A stretch of DNA of 39,536 nt from Dimargaris cristalligena (taxonomy: Eukaryota). The translations under genes and the position numbers were made by a program. The stretch spans positions 1 to 39,536 of the forward strand of contig ML002350.1 of the NCBI GenBank assembly GCA_003614675.1, written 5' to 3'. The notes beneath the pieces were generated by a model, which saw only the letters and a program-made list of their open reading frames with translations, did not search any database and was not told the origin of the DNA. Positions 24,801 to 30,800 of the stretch are shown here, in pieces (the stretch's first letter is position 1; each line of letters opens with the position of its first letter).

Positions 24801-27800
24801 GCTCGTAATGTACCTGTCCTGGGGATCCAAAATATGGTGGGTATGTGTATCAATACCCTGCCGTTCCGGGTCAGCGTCAATTTGGAAGCGTCAATAGTCG
24901 ATTTCATACAGTTAATTCACCGCCAGTCCGGGGAACTAACCACATCTGAACAATGCCACCTTGTAGATATCCGGAGGTGGGGTAAAGTTGACACAAACGC
25001 TAGGTTATTCGACACCCTCCTTATTTTCGATAGCTTCCCGGCCTCTCTACCTAGCGTCACTGATCCCCAAATAACATTCCACCCGCAGGAGGGACATAAT
25101 TTTACGGAATATGCCTACACAATGAACTTTACCAGCGCAGGCGATGCCCTAGAATGCCATCTATTATACAAGACCCACTACTGCAGCGAGCTGTATTCCC
25201 ATTTTCTCGTTCAGTTTCTAGACCACTGCTTACGTCACATCGTCAGTGAGTCCACTTCATTGTTACTCGACGTGATGACTCTTCCGACTGACGAGGCTCA
25301 GCTGATACACCAATGGTCTCGAGGGCCAATCCAGAAGTCTCCCCAGCAGCAATGGTCAGCCTGCCAACTGTTCACGAAACACCTTTCAAATCGAGCTAAT
25401 GCGATTGCCATTGAGACTGATCAACGAGTTTATACATACAGCGACCTATACCGAGGTGCCCGCGCTATCGCCCTGTCCCTCCAGCTCCAGGGCTTTCGCC
25501 CCGACTGTTTTGCCATTCTGCTATTCGATCAATCAACGGAATTCATTATCAGCTATCTGGCTGTGCTACTTGCCGGCGGTGTATGTGTACCCATGGACGC
25601 TTCCAATTCAATTGAGCGGTTACGCTACATGGCTGAGTTATTAGACGAGCCCTGGGCTTTGACTACCATTATCCACAAGGAAAAGGCTATACAACAATTA
25701 GTAATTAGCGACGACAGGCTTATTCTAGTCGATTCTGCCCAAATCCGTGATAGAGACTCGACCGGTTTCCAACCCGATATAACCCGCACACCATCTGATC
25801 TCATGTATATTCTGTTCACATCCGGTACTACAGGCCAGCCTAAAGGAGTGCCTATTCGGCATGAATCATTCACCAATTTTATTCTTTCGTTTACCGAGAC
25901 AACAGGGATTAGCGAAGCAACTCGCCAACTCTGGACCTTAAATCTTGCCTTTGACGGATGTCTCTGTGAAATTTTCGGTCCGCTTATCATGGGTGGTACT
26001 TTGATCGTTCCCAGTGGCCCAATGGTAGACTCCCTCCACCTTGCTAATACAAGTGTCCTGATTCCGTCCCTCTTATCCGCCATCAACCCCACGGATTTCC
26101 CTAATCTGACCAAAGTCATAACGGGCACGGATGTCCTACACCCGCAGGTTGCCCAAAAGTGGAGTCCACATGTGACCATGTACAACCTGTATGGGCCCAC
26201 CGAGACCACTATTGCCTGTCACATGGATATACTCGAACCCTGTCCAATACCGACAATCGGCAAGCCCCTGGCCAATATTCAGGGCTATATCCTGAATGAC
26301 CATTTACACTGCGTACCCGTGGGCGTGGCTGGTGAGCTGTATATCGGCGGCCAAGGTATCAGTAGCGGGTATTGGAAACAACCCGAGCTCACCGCCAAGG
26401 CGTTTATCCCCAACCCGTTCGACACCGGCAAGCTGTATCGCACGGGCGATATTGTCTGTTGGTTGCCAACCGGAAAGGTCCACTTTATCACTCGTAAGGA
26501 TTACCAGGTCAAACTGCGCGGTTACCGTATCGAATTAGGTGAAGTCGAAAATACCGCCCTACTGAACGAACAGGTTACTAATGCCACGGCATGTATAACG
26601 CAGAATCAGTTAGTACTATACGTCGCCCCCGGCCACATCAATACTCCGGCCCTTCAGACCCACCTGGCCGAAAAACTTCCCCATTATATGGTTCCCAGTT
26701 TCATTATCCCATTGGACCAGATGCCCTTGACCGCGGTGGGTAAGGTTGACCGCAAAACTCTCCAGGCAAAGTCCTTACCGGCGAATAACTTTTCCGAGCA
26801 TGCTTTGGACACCAAACCTTTGACCCCGACGTTCCTTCTTATGCGGAAGGCGCTGGTTGCCACCTTAAAGGTGGACCCACAGCATGTCGTACCCGCAACA
26901 TCGTTCCTTCAATTAGGTGGCGATTCTATTTCAGCCATCCAGTTTGCCACCAAATGTAAACAATTAGGACTCCGACTCTCGGTGGCCCACATTCTGAAAT
27001 ACCCCCAATTGTTCGTTATGGAGCAGTATGCCCAACTCATAGCCATAGATAAACAATACTCCCCCGCCAGTTACTTGGACTCTGTGGGCCCCGTTCCCTT
27101 CACTGCAGTCCAACGCTACGCGCTATCCCAACATAGAAATATCAATCAATTCAACCAATCCATGCTATTGCAGTGTCGCCAGACTTTGTCTCGTGACATG
27201 GTCAGGCAGGCCATGGTGGCGTTAATCTCCCACCACGATATGCTACGTGTCCAACTAACGCTTACTGGAAACCAATGGGAACAGCGGGTTCATTCGACTC
27301 CAGCCGAGCCGTCAGCCTGGACAGATCAGTATGTCGTGATTGACGAGGCCAACATAACCCGCGGCGAATATTTGGAGTGGGTCAACCATATGCAGAAAAC
27401 TATATCCATCGTCAACGGTCCTATCTTGGGCAGTGGTTTACTGACAATAGATGACGAACAGTACCTATTTCTAACGGTTCACCACTTTGCCGTTGATTTT
27501 GTTTCCTGGCGGATTATTCTGGAAGACTTGGAAGCCCTGCTAACCGGCCAGATCCTGTTGCCCAAGACGATGCCCTTCCGGGAATGGGCAACTAAGGTTC
27601 ACACCCATGCTCAGACGCTATCTGATTTGGACTGGCCCATCGCCACCCCTACCCATAGCGACCGGATTCCCCTGGATTTCCCAACTGCGACTGCTCAGTA
27701 CGAAGTGCCCAACGTGACCTATCACTCATTTCAATCAGTACAGGCATCATTAGGACCAGCCTTATCCGAATCACTATACAGTCAAGTTGCCCCTACACTG

Positions 27801-30800
27801 GGGACCTCGGTCCAGGAATTACTGGCTGCTTCTCTCCTGATGGCGCTAAATTCTAGTTTTGGCATTGCAACCATTGAACTGGAAATGGAAGGCCATGGCC
27901 GCAGACCCTGGGATCCGGTTATTGATATATCCCGTACCGTGGGATGGTTCACATCCATCTATCCTGTTAAGTTTAGTATCGATACCAGTGATGGCTACCC
28001 ACTCCCCAGTAAGGCTCTCCGGGTCCTCGCCCATACCAAACAAAGCCTCCGATCAGTTCCTAACCACGGGTTCCCCCATAGTCTAATCCAATATTTAAGG
28101 GACACGGATTCGCTCCAATGCAATGCACAAAATAGTCGGTTGCCTGGTTCGTACGATGAATCGAGCAACTGGAACCGAGTTGTATTTAATTATTCGGGTC
28201 GGTTTGAACAGCTGGGAGCCCAAGACGCTTTTTGGAAGTCCCGCTGCATTAACCAGGGCTGGAATTATGATTTCGATCAAGATGAGCTTATGACCCGAGT
28301 CTTTAGCGCTTCAGGCGACTTTGACATTGAACAGGGTCTAATTCTTAGTATTATGTACTCTGACGAGCTACATAAGTCAGAAACTATCCGCGGTCTAGTA
28401 GACCATTGGGTAATGTACCTAGGACAAATGGCGCACCAAGTTCAACAGGGCCCTTCCCCCAGCCTTATTACGGCTACCGACTTCCCCATATCTGGGTTAA
28501 GTGAGGTGGATTTTATTCAATTCCAAGCCGACGACCTGAAACATCTACAACTAACCATAGATCAGATTGAGGATATTTACCCTTGCTTGCCGGTCCAGGA
28601 AGGGCTCCTGTTTGCGACCCTCAAAGATCCGGCTGCTTACATGGTTCAGCTCTCAGTTCTTATTGAGGGTCCGTTAGATCCGACCCTGTTCCAGTGGGTC
28701 TGGGAGCAAACGGCTCAGAGCCAAGCGACATTCCGGACCCGGTTCCTCATGGGTACTAGTCAAAGGCCCGATCTAAACCTCCAGGTCGTGGCCACTAAGT
28801 TTGGGGCGCAATGGACTACTGGCGACTGGCAGGGCCAATCTATTGAGAAAGCTGAAGCTGAATTTACTTTACACGAGCGGGAGAAAGGTTTCCCTAGACA
28901 CCGGCCTATGATCAAATTTGGCTTATTCCAACTGGCCCCCCAGAAATATAAGTACATCGTGTCGGCCCACCATGCCATTCTCGACGGCTGGTCCATTGGC
29001 CTGATGACCCAAAGCATTTTTGGCTACTATAGCGGCAAGGTGCCCCCGCCCACCATTTCGTTTAAGGAGGTGGTTACCCACATCAAGTCCCAGAGTGTCG
29101 AAAAGGCCGCCAAATTTTGGAGTAATCAATTTGAAGGAGTAGAGTCCCCCAGTTTACTCGTACAGCCGCACCACAACCCAGATTTGAGTATCCAACCCAG
29201 TGATGCTGATTACTACGGACTGATTGATCGATCCGTTCCATTAATGTCCCACATCGAAGCCTTTGCCAGGGCAACCGATACCACCTTATCAGATGTACTC
29301 CGAGCGGGAATGGCGGCGGTTCTTCAGCGGTATACGGGCGCTGACAATCCTATATTTGGCGTAGTAGTATCGGGCCGCAATCTCCCACTAGACGGTATAG
29401 AAAATATGGTGGGCGTTTGTATTAATACCATTCCCTGCCGGGTCGCCCTCGGCCCTAGTGCTGCAATTGCTGATGTCCTTCAGAAGGTTCACCAAACTAG
29501 TATTGCCACCTATGGGTTCGAACACTGCCGGCTCACAGATATCCACCAGTGGAGTGGTTTGACTCAGGAACAACCTCTATTTAACTCCCTCTTGGTCCTT
29601 GAGAACTACCCCGAAGTGGAAATGGATGCCAATTTACCGATTCGCATTGAGTATACCGATTGGTATAATCCCACCGACCTCCCCTTTTCCTTAACGGTTC
29701 ATGCCGCTGGCAACCAACTTAATGTTACAGTTAACTACCAGCGCCTTTATTTCGACCACGATTTCATGACTCAATTCATTGACCATTTCCTCAACTCGCT
29801 CCAGTCGATCATTGCGCTAGGCCCAGATGCGCTCTTCAACACTATTGAGGTACTCTCTCCCGCCGAGCATAGCCAGCTGCTCAAGGTGTGGGCTACTAAC
29901 CCCCAAGAATGCCCTTCCCACTACGCCTACGAGGGTTTCCAATGGGAAGCGTTTTGCCACCCCGACCAAACTGCTCTAATTTACAACAACCGCCGCTTTA
30001 CCTATGCCCAACTTGACCAATCCACCAACTACTTGGCCCGTCAAATGCAAGCCATGGTGAACTGCCGATTCGACGGAATTATCGGCGTGGTGGCATCCAA
30101 CTCGCTAGAACTGATTGTAGGACAGTTGGCGGTTTGGAAAACGGGCTGTGCATTTGTAGTCCTGGACCCCGACTACCCCACCGAACGTAAACACTTTATA
30201 ATCCAGGACACGCAATGTCTTGCCCTGTTAGGCCAGTTAGAATATAAGGCAGAATTCAGTGAGCAAAAAATACCATTTATTCCCATAGACGCCGGCGATT
30301 TACTTTCTGGAATAGACAGCAAAGAATTATGTCACCAGGTCGAAATATCGTCGGAATCCCTAGCTTACGTTATATACACGTCAGGCTCCACGGGTAAACC
30401 CAAGGGGGTGCTCATTGAGCATGGCGCCGTTTCCAATCTCCTCCAAGGGGTCCAACTGGTGACCTGTATCACAGCCAGCACCATCACGCCTACAATATTC
30501 ACGCCCACCTTTGACATTTCCATTTCGGAAATTTGGAATACGCTATCCTTTGGTGGTGCGGTCCTAGTTACCCATGGTGACTATGAAGCTGCCCTGAAAC
30601 AGTCAACTCGGGCCTGCTGTACTCCCTCCCTTCTCGCCCTTTTTGAACCATCGGATTTCCCCAATCTAAACCAGGTGATGCTTGGCGGCGAAGGTGTAGG
30701 TCAGAAGGTAGTGGACCGCTGGGCCCCTGTCCTGGAACTGATTAATATATATGGTCCGACGGAGGCCACCATTACCTCCCACACCGCCCCCTTAGTGGCC

